From: a virus
IMG/VR virus record: IMGVR_UViG_3300043409_001462
Location: 64,001-128,000 of that record
Length of the DNA stretch: 64,000 nucleotides
Direction: 5' to 3' (one strand)
Below, piece after piece: positions 56,334-64,000 of this stretch. Every line of letters begins with the position of its first letter. The stretch's first letter is position 1. Both the position numbers and the translations under genes were made by a program. The notes under the pieces are model-generated. The model did no database searches, had not been told where the DNA came from, and was given only the letters and a program-made list of their open reading frames with translations.

Positions 56334-57278
56334 ATGACAACTAATATTCGCTGGGTTATCGCCCATGAACCAGTAGATCTTTTCCTTAAGGTTGCTGATT
56401 CTTTTTCTAAGGAAGTAAACGAACAGACTAACGGTAAGTTCAATATCGAAGTTCTTTCGCTTACTGATTATTCTAAGAAGTATAATGGTGGCAAGAAGGT
56501 ATCTAAGAACGATCTTATGAACCTTATTGATACTGGCGCTATCGAAATGAGCCATATCTACACTACTTGGCTTGCAGACTACAACAAGGACCTTCATGCC
56601 CTTGATCTTCCATTCCTATTCAAGGATCATGATCACGCTGACCGTGTTCTTGAAGGCGATCTTGGCAAGTCATTGCTTGCTGACGTTTCTAAGACTTCCA
56701 ACATCAAGGCAATGAGCTTCACTTACTCTGGCGGTTATCGTATCGTTCCTGCGAACTTCGCAGCTGATACTGTATCTGCATGGGAAGGTAAGGTAGTTCG
56801 TACTAGCCGTTCTCCAGTTGCTGTTGATACATTCAAGCTTCTTGGTGCAACTCCTCGTGCAGACATTGAACTTGAAGAAATGAACTCTGCTGCTGACGCT
56901 GGCGTTATCGCTGCTGGCGAATCAACATATGTTCGTGTGTTCCCACTCGAGCAGAATAAGAGCTTCGAAGTTGTTAACGATACAGCTCATAGCTTGTTCC
57001 TAACTTCAATCATCGTGAACCAGGATTTCTTCAAGCAGTTCGATGCTGAAACACAGGAAATCTTTGCTAACGCTGCATTCAACGCTGCTCGTAAGGAGCG
57101 TCGTGAGTCTGTTGCTGATATTCCAAACATCCTTGCTCAGTGCGAAGCTACTGGCGTTAAGGTTGTTAAGATGTCTGAAACTGAAGCAGGCAAGTTCAAG
57201 GCAATCACATCTAAGGTTTATGAGATGTACGCTGACTACTTCACTCCAGGTCTTGTGCGCAAGCTCCAGGTTGCTTAA
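56334..57278 (+). CDS. TRAP solute-binding protein DctP-like, without signal peptide
   Basis: V.E.TNGK..IEV, G.IEM, LDLPFLFKD.DHA, GYR, conserved VRT Arg, LGATP motifs. Confidence 0.8.
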   Translation: MTTNIRWVIAHEPVDLFLKVADSFSKEVNEQTNGKFNIEVLSLTDYSKKYNGGKKVSKNDLMNLIDTGAIEMSHIYTTWLADYNKDLHALDLPFLFKDHDHADRVLEGDLGKSLLADVSKTSNIKAMSFTYSGGYRIVPANFAADTVSAWEGKVVRTSRSPVAVDTFKLLGATPRADIELEEMNSAADAGVIAAGESTYVRVFPLEQNKSFEVVNDTAHSLFLTSIIVNQDFFKQFDAETQEIFANAAFNAARKERRESVADIPNILAQCEATGVKVVKMSETEAGKFKAITSKVYEMYADYFTPGLVRKLQVA

Positions 57279-57299
57279 TAGCTACTAATAAATAATACA

Positions 57300-57326
57300 G
57301 GGGTGGGGGAAACTCCACCCTTTTTT
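57300..57326 (+). terminator. Intrinsic terminator
   Basis: GGGTGG..GAAA..CCACCC plus T6. Confidence 0.8.
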
Positions 57327-57336
57327 ATGATAACTG

Positions 57337-57603
57337 ATGGAGACTTATATGTTTAATTTTCTTTCTTCTAAGTGGACTGAGCAACAGCGTCGTAGCATCA
57401 CTAAAGTCGTCACTTGGAGAATTCTCGTTACAATCACAAATTTTGTTGGTGGATGGCTTGCCTCTGGATCTTGGCAAGTTGGTCTTGGTGTAGTTTCATT
57501 TGCGCTTGTAGTCAACTCAATTCTTTATTGGTTTCACGAGAGAGCATGGAATCGTACTGACTGGGGTAAGCAGGTTAAAGAGCCTGAGGAAACTCCAATT
57601 TGA
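57337..57603 (+). CDS. DUF2061-like small membrane protein
   Basis: RSITK..TWR and LYWFHERAW motifs. Confidence 0.75.
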   Translation: METYMFNFLSSKWTEQQRRSITKVVTWRILVTITNFVGGWLASGSWQVGLGVVSFALVVNSILYWFHERAWNRTDWGKQVKEPEETPI

Positions 57604-57628
57604 CTATTTCTATCGATTGAGGTATAAT
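57600..57628 (+). promoter_or_regulatory. Sigma70-type promoter
   Basis: TTGACT-17-TATAAT. Confidence 0.7.
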
Positions 57629-57639
57629 ATATTCAATCG

Positions 57640-58470
57640 ATGGAGAAAGATATGACACCACTTATATGGACATGCGTATACGGAGGAGATGATTATTTCA
57701 ATATCCTCCGTATCAGTTTAGAATCACTAATCAAGTATGGAAAATACAAGCGTAGCCTGTATATTTTTTCTGATAAGGATCAGCAACAAACACTTCAATA
57801 TGTACCAACCGAACTTTGGTCTTGGACGATAGTTCTTCCATTCCCAGAAAAAGCGCACATCTCAGCAAGATATGAATGTTCCAGTTATCTACCGAAGGAC
57901 TACGACGTTTATCTTTACGTAGATACAGACATCATCTACGATGCATCAGTATGGCCAATGCTTTATGACATCAAAAATTCAGAGAAGCTGTGCTTCACTA
58001 GCGAAAAGCATCTCTACCCAAATCTTCAGGCGAAAATTGGTTCGCTTCGAAACGGTAGCGCGTACAACTCTGAATGGTTCGGCTTGGCTATCGCTCATCA
58101 GGATGGTAGTTTGGAAGATTGCTACCTACCAATCATCAACTCAGGCGTCATAGGCTCGAACGATTTGGACGAGTTGATAACCGTATGCTGTGATATTAAA
58201 GCCAAGCTCAAGTACATCGATCCAAAATACCTCCAAGAGTTTGGCGACCAACCCGTAACGAATTATGTAATAATCCAATACGGTTGCGAAACGAATATTA
58301 CCAGATACGTTCACTTCGTCAATTCGGCTCCACCAGAGCTACACGTACGTAATGGGGTGGGGTTGCGAGGAATGGTTCATTTTTTGTGGGCTGGAAGCCT
58401 CAAATACGCCGAAATGAGCCAGTACCTAGACCTCCTAGAGCGGATGGGACTGGACGCTCCTCAGGGCTAG
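57640..58470 (+). CDS. Glycosyltransferase (GT8-like)
   Basis: YLYVDTD (DxD), INSGV, GDQ, VHF motifs. Confidence 0.7.
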   Translation: MEKDMTPLIWTCVYGGDDYFNILRISLESLIKYGKYKRSLYIFSDKDQQQTLQYVPTELWSWTIVLPFPEKAHISARYECSSYLPKDYDVYLYVDTDIIYDASVWPMLYDIKNSEKLCFTSEKHLYPNLQAKIGSLRNGSAYNSEWFGLAIAHQDGSLEDCYLPIINSGVIGSNDLDELITVCCDIKAKLKYIDPKYLQEFGDQPVTNYVIIQYGCETNITRYVHFVNSAPPELHVRNGVGLRGMVHFLWAGSLKYAEMSQYLDLLERMGLDAPQG

Positions 58471-58586
58471 AAATACTTCTATAATACTTGTTTTTTACTT
58501 GTAATACTTACAGTCATGAGAGTATACACAAAGCAAGAAAAATCGCCTATACTGTGATTTTTTAGTATTCGCAAGTATTAAATCGG

Positions 58587-58614
58587 TTGACTTTTCCTCT
58601 AGATAGGGTACAAT
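58587..58614 (+). promoter_or_regulatory. Early sigma70-type promoter
   Basis: TTGACT-16-TACAAT. Confidence 0.6.
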
Positions 58615-58642
58615 ATATGTAACCTAAAGAAAGGAGCACCGA

Positions 58643-58858
58643 ATGACCCGTCATAATCCCCGCCTCGTACCCGAGTTCCTCGCCCGATACCCCTCCGTAG
58701 ACGGCTATACTCTCATCTGTGTCTGTGAGGAAATCAATCGCCGTACTCAAGCTGGAGTTGGCGTACAGGGTATCCTAACTCAAGCTCTGCTTTTAGACAA
58801 CGCTGGTCAATACCTAGCTCGAGTCTGTGAGTCACTTCAAGCCCAACAAAGTGCTTGA
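58643..58858 (+). CDS. Small early hypothetical protein
   Basis: AAGGAG RBS after promoter. Confidence 0.55.
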   Translation: MTRHNPRLVPEFLARYPSVDGYTLICVCEEINRRTQAGVGVQGILTQALLLDNAGQYLARVCESLQAQQSA

Positions 58859-58883
58859 CGAGTTTCGCGAATTACGCTATAAT
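58855..58883 (+). promoter_or_regulatory. Early sigma70-type promoter
   Basis: TTGACG-17-TATAAT. Confidence 0.7.
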
Positions 58884-58910
58884 ATATCTACGGTTGAAGA
58901 GGAGAACGAT

Positions 58911-59165
58911 ATGAACCCCACCTACACGAAGATCCCCCTCGAAAAGCTCGACGAAGTTCGTACGGCTCTTAATGCCAAGCTCAAGGCGCATAGCCAAGCT
59001 ACTGGCTTTCGCTATAAGACCCGTACCTTTTACCTCGGTCCCCGTAAGGTTTATGGCGGTCGTCGTCAGGGTACTACCAACAAGAGCGACGCCTATAGCG
59101 CCAAGCTTGCCGTTTACGAGGATAATGGTCGTTACGGTTACTTTGATATCGCCTACTACGTTTGA
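58911..59165 (+). CDS. Small early hypothetical protein
   Basis: GAGGAG RBS; start MNPTY. Confidence 0.55.
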   Translation: MNPTYTKIPLEKLDEVRTALNAKLKAHSQATGFRYKTRTFYLGPRKVYGGRRQGTTNKSDAYSAKLAVYEDNGRYGYFDIAYYV

Positions 59166-59175
59166 GGAGAAAGCT

Positions 59176-59457
59176 ATGAAACTCGACGATTATGATTTTG
59201 ATATGACTGCCAAGGCTGTGTTCGCGATGAACCCTTCGGCTCCCCAAAATTACGATACCTGGGAGGACCTGAAGTCCTTCATGGTTTCCATGGCGTACAC
59301 CTACGGTCACAAGACCAACTCTTTCAGCACCAGTGGATTCCAGCTGACTTTCTTTCCGAGCTCTAATGACACAGATATTAGCTGTCGTTCGTCTGTTTCG
59401 TCTTTTGTTGCGCTTGAGTATGTGAAGCGTATGACCCTCGTCAAGGAGAATGCATAA
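59176..59457 (+). CDS. Hypothetical protein
   Basis: GAGGAG RBS; start MKLDDY. Confidence 0.55.
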   Translation: MKLDDYDFDMTAKAVFAMNPSAPQNYDTWEDLKSFMVSMAYTYGHKTNSFSTSGFQLTFFPSSNDTDISCRSSVSSFVALEYVKRMTLVKENA

Positions 59458-59642
59458 TGTTTATCGCAAAACCCAACCTGAATAACTCACTCGGTCAAAA
59501 GACTTTCTCCGATATGGAGGCGGCTGTTACCTACCTCGAGGAAGCCACTGGTTACAAGATGGATTTTGTTACCGACAAGCGTACGAAGGAGCGCACTTAT
59601 GACTGGGAAATCATCGGCAAACTCAAGCGTGTCAAAGCGTAA
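59457..59642 (+). CDS. Hypothetical protein
   Basis: AAGGAG RBS; TAATG coupling. Confidence 0.55.
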   Translation: MFIAKPNLNNSLGQKTFSDMEAAVTYLEEATGYKMDFVTDKRTKERTYDWEIIGKLKRVKA

Positions 59643-59748
59643 CCCATTCGCACATGAGCTTAACGATGCAAAGTTTCGGTTGCGCATCGTTAAGCCACGT
59701 AAGGGCAAAGGTTCTTATTCTCGCAAGGAGTCAAAATTATGGGTATGA
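59629..59748 (+). CDS. ArfA-like alternative ribosome rescue factor (39 aa)
   Basis: NPFAHELNDAKFRLRIVKPRKGKGSYSRK matches the ArfA core ..D..FR.R..K..KGKGSY.RK; GTG start assumed. Confidence 0.65.
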   Translation: MSKRNPFAHELNDAKFRLRIVKPRKGKGSYSRKESKLWV

Positions 59749-59924
59749 TGAAAGAACGCTATATGGATATCGTTGATTACGCCGAAGAGTGCTGTGGTGG
59801 TACGCTTCAACATGATGAAGCTTGGAAGATGTTTCAGATGGTTTATCCTGACGAAGGCGAGATTTTCGAAGAAGCTTGGAACAACTGGGATTCTTTTTCT
59901 GAATATATTCTAACACATCATTAA
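59739..59924 (+). CDS. Hypothetical protein
   Basis: AAGGAG RBS. Confidence 0.55.
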   Translation: MGMMKERYMDIVDYAEECCGGTLQHDEAWKMFQMVYPDEGEIFEEAWNNWDSFSEYILTHH

Positions 59925-59931
59925 AAAGTGC

Positions 59932-59960
59932 TTGACTTATCTCTAAATATTAAGTATAAT
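59932..59960 (+). promoter_or_regulatory. Sigma70-type promoter
   Basis: TTGACT-17-TATAAT. Confidence 0.75.
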
Positions 59961-59987
59961 AGATCTTGATGATGAAGGAGTATATGC

Positions 59988-60182
59988 ATGTCAAAACCAA
60001 AGTTCAAAGTTTGCTACGATGTTAAGCACGTCGTAAAAGGTGATGGTATCTATGGATTACTCGTCACCAAAAAGTCTTACTTCCATACCTTACAGGAAGC
60101 ATTCTCCTTCTCTAAGGAGATTTATGGTCTTCGTATAAATGGTGTAGAAGTAGTAGGTCGTCCATCTATCGAACGTATGTGA
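59988..60182 (+). CDS. Hypothetical protein
   Basis: AAGGAG RBS. Confidence 0.55.
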   Translation: MSKPKFKVCYDVKHVVKGDGIYGLLVTKKSYFHTLQEAFSFSKEIYGLRINGVEVVGRPSIERM

Positions 60183-60189
60183 GGGAACT

Positions 60190-60471
60190 ATGCGTAAACT
60201 GTTGATCGTTGCATCTTTGTTGGCTATGTCTTCAGCTGCAATCGCTGCAGACGGTCGACGTATGTATGGTGGTCCTAATCGACCTGCTCATGGACATCAT
60301 CGTCACCATAACGTACTGCCATGGATAGCTGGTGGATTAGCTCTTGGAGCAATTGCTGGTGGAGCATATTACTACGACCATAGCCCACCAAGGTATCGTC
60401 GTCAGTGTTATGACGATTTAATTGGTTACGATCGTTATGGTCGTGAAGTTTGGCGCAAATATTGCAATTGA
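60190..60471 (+). CDS. Small exported protein (BA14K-like Gly-zipper)
   Basis: Signal peptide ending AIA; His-rich stretch; GGLALGAIAGG; two Cys. Confidence 0.5.
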   Translation: MRKLLIVASLLAMSSAAIAADGRRMYGGPNRPAHGHHRHHNVLPWIAGGLALGAIAGGAYYYDHSPPRYRRQCYDDLIGYDRYGREVWRKYCN

Positions 60472-60478
60472 GGTTAAT

Positions 60479-60658
60479 ATGAAAATTGGTGATACAGTAG
60501 AGTTGATAGATGAGAATGATTACGAAGGCAACTATCGTGGTCGTATGAAGGTGGTCAACATCAAAGGTCTGTCCGTTCTGTGCGACCACCCATTCTACGA
60601 CGAGTTGCTTTGGGTTCTTGAGGATCAATTGGTGGTAATGGAGGAAGCAAATGACTGA
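60479..60658 (+). CDS. Hypothetical protein (SH3-like)
   Basis: GAGG RBS; MKIGDTVEL start. Confidence 0.5.
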   Translation: MKIGDTVELIDENDYEGNYRGRMKVVNIKGLSVLCDHPFYDELLWVLEDQLVVMEEAND

Positions 60659-60875
60659 TGATGGTAAGTACAAGTGCACATACTCTTTTAGCTGTGAATA
60701 TGAGAATGTTGCTTTGCCTGGCGAGCCGAAGCACAGCTTGAATGTTCTATCTTTCGATGGTACTGATGCTCACATTCAAACAGTGGTCAACCAGTTTGTT
60801 ACCTTTTTGAAGGCATCTGGTTACAGTTTCCAGGATTTGGAGATCATTAAAGATGCTAATTCCTACAAAGTATAG
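60651..60875 (+). CDS. Hypothetical protein
   Basis: GGAGG RBS. Confidence 0.5.
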   Translation: MTDDGKYKCTYSFSCEYENVALPGEPKHSLNVLSFDGTDAHIQTVVNQFVTFLKASGYSFQDLEIIKDANSYKV

Positions 60876-61206
60876 CATTGGGTACACCTATTGGGTGCCT
60901 CGTGTTTACAAGCAATTTGTGAGTACAGAAACTCTTTATTATGAAGGTGAAGAGTGGACTCGTGATGTGTATGAAATGCGTGCTTTTGCCAAGCAGAAGG
61001 TGGTCCGTTGTATGGAAATCAAGGTCCATAAAAATGGTACGCATTCTGTAATGTATGGTGTAGAGAATATTACAGATGCTGGTACAAGTATGTTTCAGTG
61101 GTATCCAGAAGCAAATATACCTGAAAGCAATACCGAAGAGATTGCTCTAGCTTTTGCTGAGGGATTCTTGAAAGATAACCCAGACACAGAATACTTTGGT
61201 AACTAG
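60853..61206 (+). CDS. Hypothetical protein
   Basis: 117-aa ORF in + strand run. Confidence 0.5.
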   Translation: MLIPTKYSIGYTYWVPRVYKQFVSTETLYYEGEEWTRDVYEMRAFAKQKVVRCMEIKVHKNGTHSVMYGVENITDAGTSMFQWYPEANIPESNTEEIALAFAEGFLKDNPDTEYFGN

Positions 61207-61216
61207 GAGATAAGTA

Positions 61217-61456
61217 ATGATAGATAATGCATTGCAGTTGATTAACCATAAAGGTGCGCTGTTGAAGGAGATTGCATTCCTTGAAACACAGCTTAAAGAT
61301 CACGATACTGGTCATATCCGTACAGCTATCAGTGTTCTTGAAGGTCGTGTGAAGGATATCGTTGAGTTTCTTAATGATACCGATAGAAAGTCAAAGCATT
61401 TGATGAATGGTATCATGAATTGGGACAAGATTATGTCCACACCTGGTAACCTATAA
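61217..61456 (+). CDS. Hypothetical protein
   Basis: AGGAG RBS. Confidence 0.55.
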   Translation: MIDNALQLINHKGALLKEIAFLETQLKDHDTGHIRTAISVLEGRVKDIVEFLNDTDRKSKHLMNGIMNWDKIMSTPGNL

Positions 61457-61485
61457 TAAGTAGTGGTGTTGTTAAAGTTTATTGA

Positions 61486-61561
61486 TCGGGGTTAGTTCAA
61501 TTGGTAGAACTACAGACTTTGAATCTGTGTGTTGGTGGTTCGAGCCCATCACCCCGAGCCA
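61486..61561 (+). tRNA. tRNA-Gln(UUG)
   Basis: U1:A72; loop CTTTGAA; CCA; isolated from the main cluster. Confidence 0.92.
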
Positions 61562-61574
61562 ACTTTGGAGATAT

Positions 61575-61742
61575 ATGATGGATGGATATCAAGGCGATTC
61601 AAATAATTTACTCGAAAAACTCAAATATGCTACTCAAAGTTCTTCAATAGTAGATTTATATTGGGGTGAAGTTATGGAACTTTTGAGAGAAAGTCGAGAT
61701 AAAATTGAAGAATTGACTTCACTTCTTAAAGAGGATAAGTGA
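61575..61742 (+). CDS. Hypothetical protein
   Basis: GGAG RBS after tRNA. Confidence 0.5.
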   Translation: MMDGYQGDSNNLLEKLKYATQSSSIVDLYWGEVMELLRESRDKIEELTSLLKEDK

Positions 61743-61948
61743 TGTTTTTCAGCAAGAAGAACGAAAAGTATATTCGTTGGAAAATTGAGATTGATGGTAT
61801 CACTGCAGAAGGTAAGCCAATCTATCATGTGTACAAAGCAAGAGCGCCATACGGTATGGATTTGGTCTGTGAGTTTCATGACTACGATCAAGCAAGGCAA
61901 TTTGTAGAGAAGCACATTGACTTCCCTATCTACTTCTATAAGGATTAG
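61739..61948 (+). CDS. Hypothetical protein
   Basis: GAGG RBS; overlap. Confidence 0.5.
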   Translation: MMFFSKKNEKYIRWKIEIDGITAEGKPIYHVYKARAPYGMDLVCEFHDYDQARQFVEKHIDFPIYFYKD

Positions 61949-61950
61949 CA

Positions 61951-62193
61951 ATGCCATTCGGTGGATACAACCCATTAGACGACGGCGAATACCAAGATTT
62001 TTCGCCCTGGTTCAAGCCCAAAAAGGAACCTAAAATGTCAGAGCTTGATTTAACAAAGATACAGTTGGTTTGGTCTCAAGATATCTTGGTCAGGATCAAA
62101 ACAATCCTAGACTCAAAAGGATGGACAGACGAGCAGAAGTTGGTCAGCATTGCTTGGCTTGTAAAGCAAGCTGTTAAAAGAGAAGATGACTAG
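61951..62193 (+). CDS. Hypothetical protein
   Basis: AAGGA RBS. Confidence 0.45.
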   Translation: MPFGGYNPLDDGEYQDFSPWFKPKKEPKMSELDLTKIQLVWSQDILVRIKTILDSKGWTDEQKLVSIAWLVKQAVKREDD

Positions 62194-62477
62194 TTTTTCT
62201 TCTCTGCTCTCTTCTTCGCCTCGTCAAGCGTCTTATACAATGCATTCATATTCTTCTGGCACTCAGTATTCTTTGAATGTAATTCTACCAGAAGTTTTGC
62301 AACCTGCACATCCGTTAAAGTTTCAGAATTTGGAAATCGTCTTACGTTTTGACAGTAAAACATCGATTTGTCTGGCACAACTACCTGTAGTTCTGTTTTA
62401 GTAATAATTTGTGGCGGAAGAGCTTTGGCGCATCCTGCAAGAGATAAAGCTATAAACGAAGCAAATATTACTCTCAT
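62190..62477 (-). CDS. o-spanin (Rz1-like lipoprotein)
   Basis: Lipobox LAGC; overlaps i-spanin end. Confidence 0.75.
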   Translation of the reverse strand: MRVIFASFIALSLAGCAKALPPQIITKTELQVVVPDKSMFYCQNVRRFPNSETLTDVQVAKLLVELHSKNTECQKNMNALYKTLDEAKKRAEKKN

Positions 62478-62827
62478 TTTACCACATCCTTCAGCTTGTT
62501 TACTGTATCTTTAAGAACCTTTGAAGACTCTTTATCAGCTGCAACTGTTTCTTTCGAATTTAAATCTGCGCTAATAGAATTGATTTTATCTTCAAAAACT
62601 TTTTTTGATGCAGCGTTTTCTGCTTCTATTTCTCTACGCTTCTTTTCGATATCTTCGATTTGTTGACGTAGTATTTCTTTGTCTTTGGCGTCCTGTTCGA
62701 TTTGTTTTTGGTTGTACTCTAAAAGAGCTTCGCGCTCGATACCTGCGCGCCAAGAATAATACCCTGCTGAAAGAGCACCGAATGCTAGTATACCAATAAA
62801 TATGTAAAGTTGTAAACGTCCAAACAT
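62474..62827 (-). CDS. i-spanin (Rz-like)
   Basis: N-terminal TM helix plus coiled coil; GGAGGT RBS before MFGRL. Confidence 0.72.
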   Translation of the reverse strand: MFGRLQLYIFIGILAFGALSAGYYSWRAGIEREALLEYNQKQIEQDAKDKEILRQQIEDIEKKRREIEAENAASKKVFEDKINSISADLNSKETVAADKESSKVLKDTVNKLKDVVK

Positions 62828-62849
62828 CGTAACCTCCATAGCTAGGAGC

Positions 62850-62857
62850 TATTTATA
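62850..62857 (-). promoter_or_regulatory. T4-type late promoter for spanins
   Basis: TATTTATA on + equals TATAAATA on -. Confidence 0.7.
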
Positions 62858-63462
62858 TGAAAGTATATCTCGGACCTTATAAAAACTGGATTGGACCGTA
62901 TCAGATTGCCGATGCTGTTTTCTTTTGGGTAAATCGTCGTGGTGTCTTTGCTGACGATGACCCTCGTCATGACCGTTGGGACTACAAGGCAGCTGATGCG
63001 TTTGGCGACTGGCTCGCTGATATCAAGTGGCTCTATAAGTCTTGTAACTGGATTCATGCGAAGCGCAAGCGTAATATCAAGGTACGTATTGACGAGTATG
63101 ACACTTGGTCAATGGATCACACTCTTGCTTACATCGTTCTGCCTATGCTTAAACAGTTGAAAGCTACAAAGCACGGCTCGCCTTTCGTTGATGATGAGGA
63201 TGTTCCTGAACACCTTCGTTCAACTGCTGCACCAGAACTAACTGACGAAGAAAAGAAATGGGGTGAAACAGATGCGTTGTTTCATGACCGTTGGGTTTAT
63301 GTTCTCGACGAAATGATCTTCGCTTTTGAATTAGAAATTAACGACGAATGGGATGATGAATATCACAAAAGTGGCGATTATGATGCTATGAACGTTATTG
63401 GTGATCGTCAGAAAAACGGCTTCCGCTTGTTCGGTAAATATTATCAGGGGCTATGGGACTAA
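62857..63462 (+). CDS. Hypothetical protein
   Basis: AGGAG RBS; DTWSMDHTLA..LPMLKQL, FGKYYQGLWD motifs. Confidence 0.65.
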   Translation: MKVYLGPYKNWIGPYQIADAVFFWVNRRGVFADDDPRHDRWDYKAADAFGDWLADIKWLYKSCNWIHAKRKRNIKVRIDEYDTWSMDHTLAYIVLPMLKQLKATKHGSPFVDDEDVPEHLRSTAAPELTDEEKKWGETDALFHDRWVYVLDEMIFAFELEINDEWDDEYHKSGDYDAMNVIGDRQKNGFRLFGKYYQGLWD

Positions 63463-63677
63463 TGGAAACTCTGACTCAATACACTCAAATCCCAGAAGAA
63501 GTTGTACAGCAAGCAGCAGAGATGTGTTCAGATGATGAAAACAATAGCTTCTTTAGAATATGGAATGTTGGTCAAGGGTATAAGTCTGCTGGTATGACAC
63601 CTATCTATTTACTAGATCAAACAGTAATGCAATTATTTGTTGTAGCCCAAGAAACTTTTGGAAAAAAATTGCACTAA
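63453..63677 (+). CDS. Hypothetical protein
   Basis: Overlaps upstream stop. Confidence 0.5.
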   Translation: MGLMETLTQYTQIPEEVVQQAAEMCSDDENNSFFRIWNVGQGYKSAGMTPIYLLDQTVMQLFVVAQETFGKKLH

Positions 63678-63678
63678 C

Positions 63679-63773
63679 CCCTTTAAAAATATTGCGTCGC
63701 AACCTATATAATATGTGAGATGCCAGTCGGGTCTCGCAATTATCAACTCTCGCTTCACAGGAGAACTACTATG
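63679..63773 (+). promoter_or_regulatory. RpoH-like promoter and ROSE-like RNA thermometer leader
   Basis: CCCTTTAAAA...CCTATAT; TGTGAGA/TCTCGCA hairpin; TCTCGCT able to pair with AGGAGA SD. Confidence 0.55.
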
Positions 63774-64000
63774 ACTAACTTTAAATTCGATCACACATTC
63801 TCAGACCTCGCCAAGTTCGACAAGTTTTATGTTGGCTCTGATAAGTTTCTAGCAAAGATGCAGGAAACAGCAGAGCATCTAGCAAATACTGCAACTCATG
63901 GCGCGTATCCTCCATTTAACCTCAAGAAAACTGATGACAATGTTTATGTCGTCGAGCTTGCTGTTGCTGGCTTTGCTAAGCAGGATATCGAGCTTACGCT
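63771..64000 (+). CDS. Small heat shock protein Hsp20 (IbpA-like), 3' truncated
   Basis: YPPFNL.K.....Y.VELAVAGF...DIE motif. Confidence 0.9.
   Translation, partial: MTNFKFDHTFSDLAKFDKFYVGSDKFLAKMQETAEHLANTATHGAYPPFNLKKTDDNVYVVELAVAGFAKQDIELT

Overview
A 64 kb AT-rich segment of a T4-like myovirus genome, almost entirely on the + strand. Left to right: (1) Gly-rich/LamG and tail-fibre-like genes; (2) the T4 virion block gp13-gp23 plus gp3, with an HD-family alarmone hydrolase inserted between gp13 and gp14; (3) uvsY, uvsW, gp55, gp47, gp46; (4) an accessory block (PP-loop enzyme, cupin, peptide deformylase, DenV-like and MazG-like proteins); (5) a DNA hypermodification cluster (TET/JBP dioxygenase, MTase-like protein, amino-acid:DNA transferase, P-loop kinase, glycosyltransferase-like protein); (6) gp45, gp44, gp62, regA; (7) early promoter/small-ORF modules; (8) a cluster of 25 tRNAs with several unexplained structured ncRNAs, plus one distant tRNA; (9) more PP-loop paralogues with a signal-less DctP; (10) an ArfA-like ORF, spanins and a truncated hsp20. 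Several clues point to an alphaproteobacterial host. The standout is 47663-49711: six tandem ncRNA units with covarying closing stems, a shared TTC(A/C/G)GCA-like motif and CTGTTGAGTT linkers. They carry tRNA-mimic cargo (a permuted YrlA-like tRNA module or isolated anticodon arms) and sit directly upstream of a DUF2828 (Ro60/TROVE-like + vWA) gene. All assignments come from motif recognition and manual base-pairing; no searches were run.
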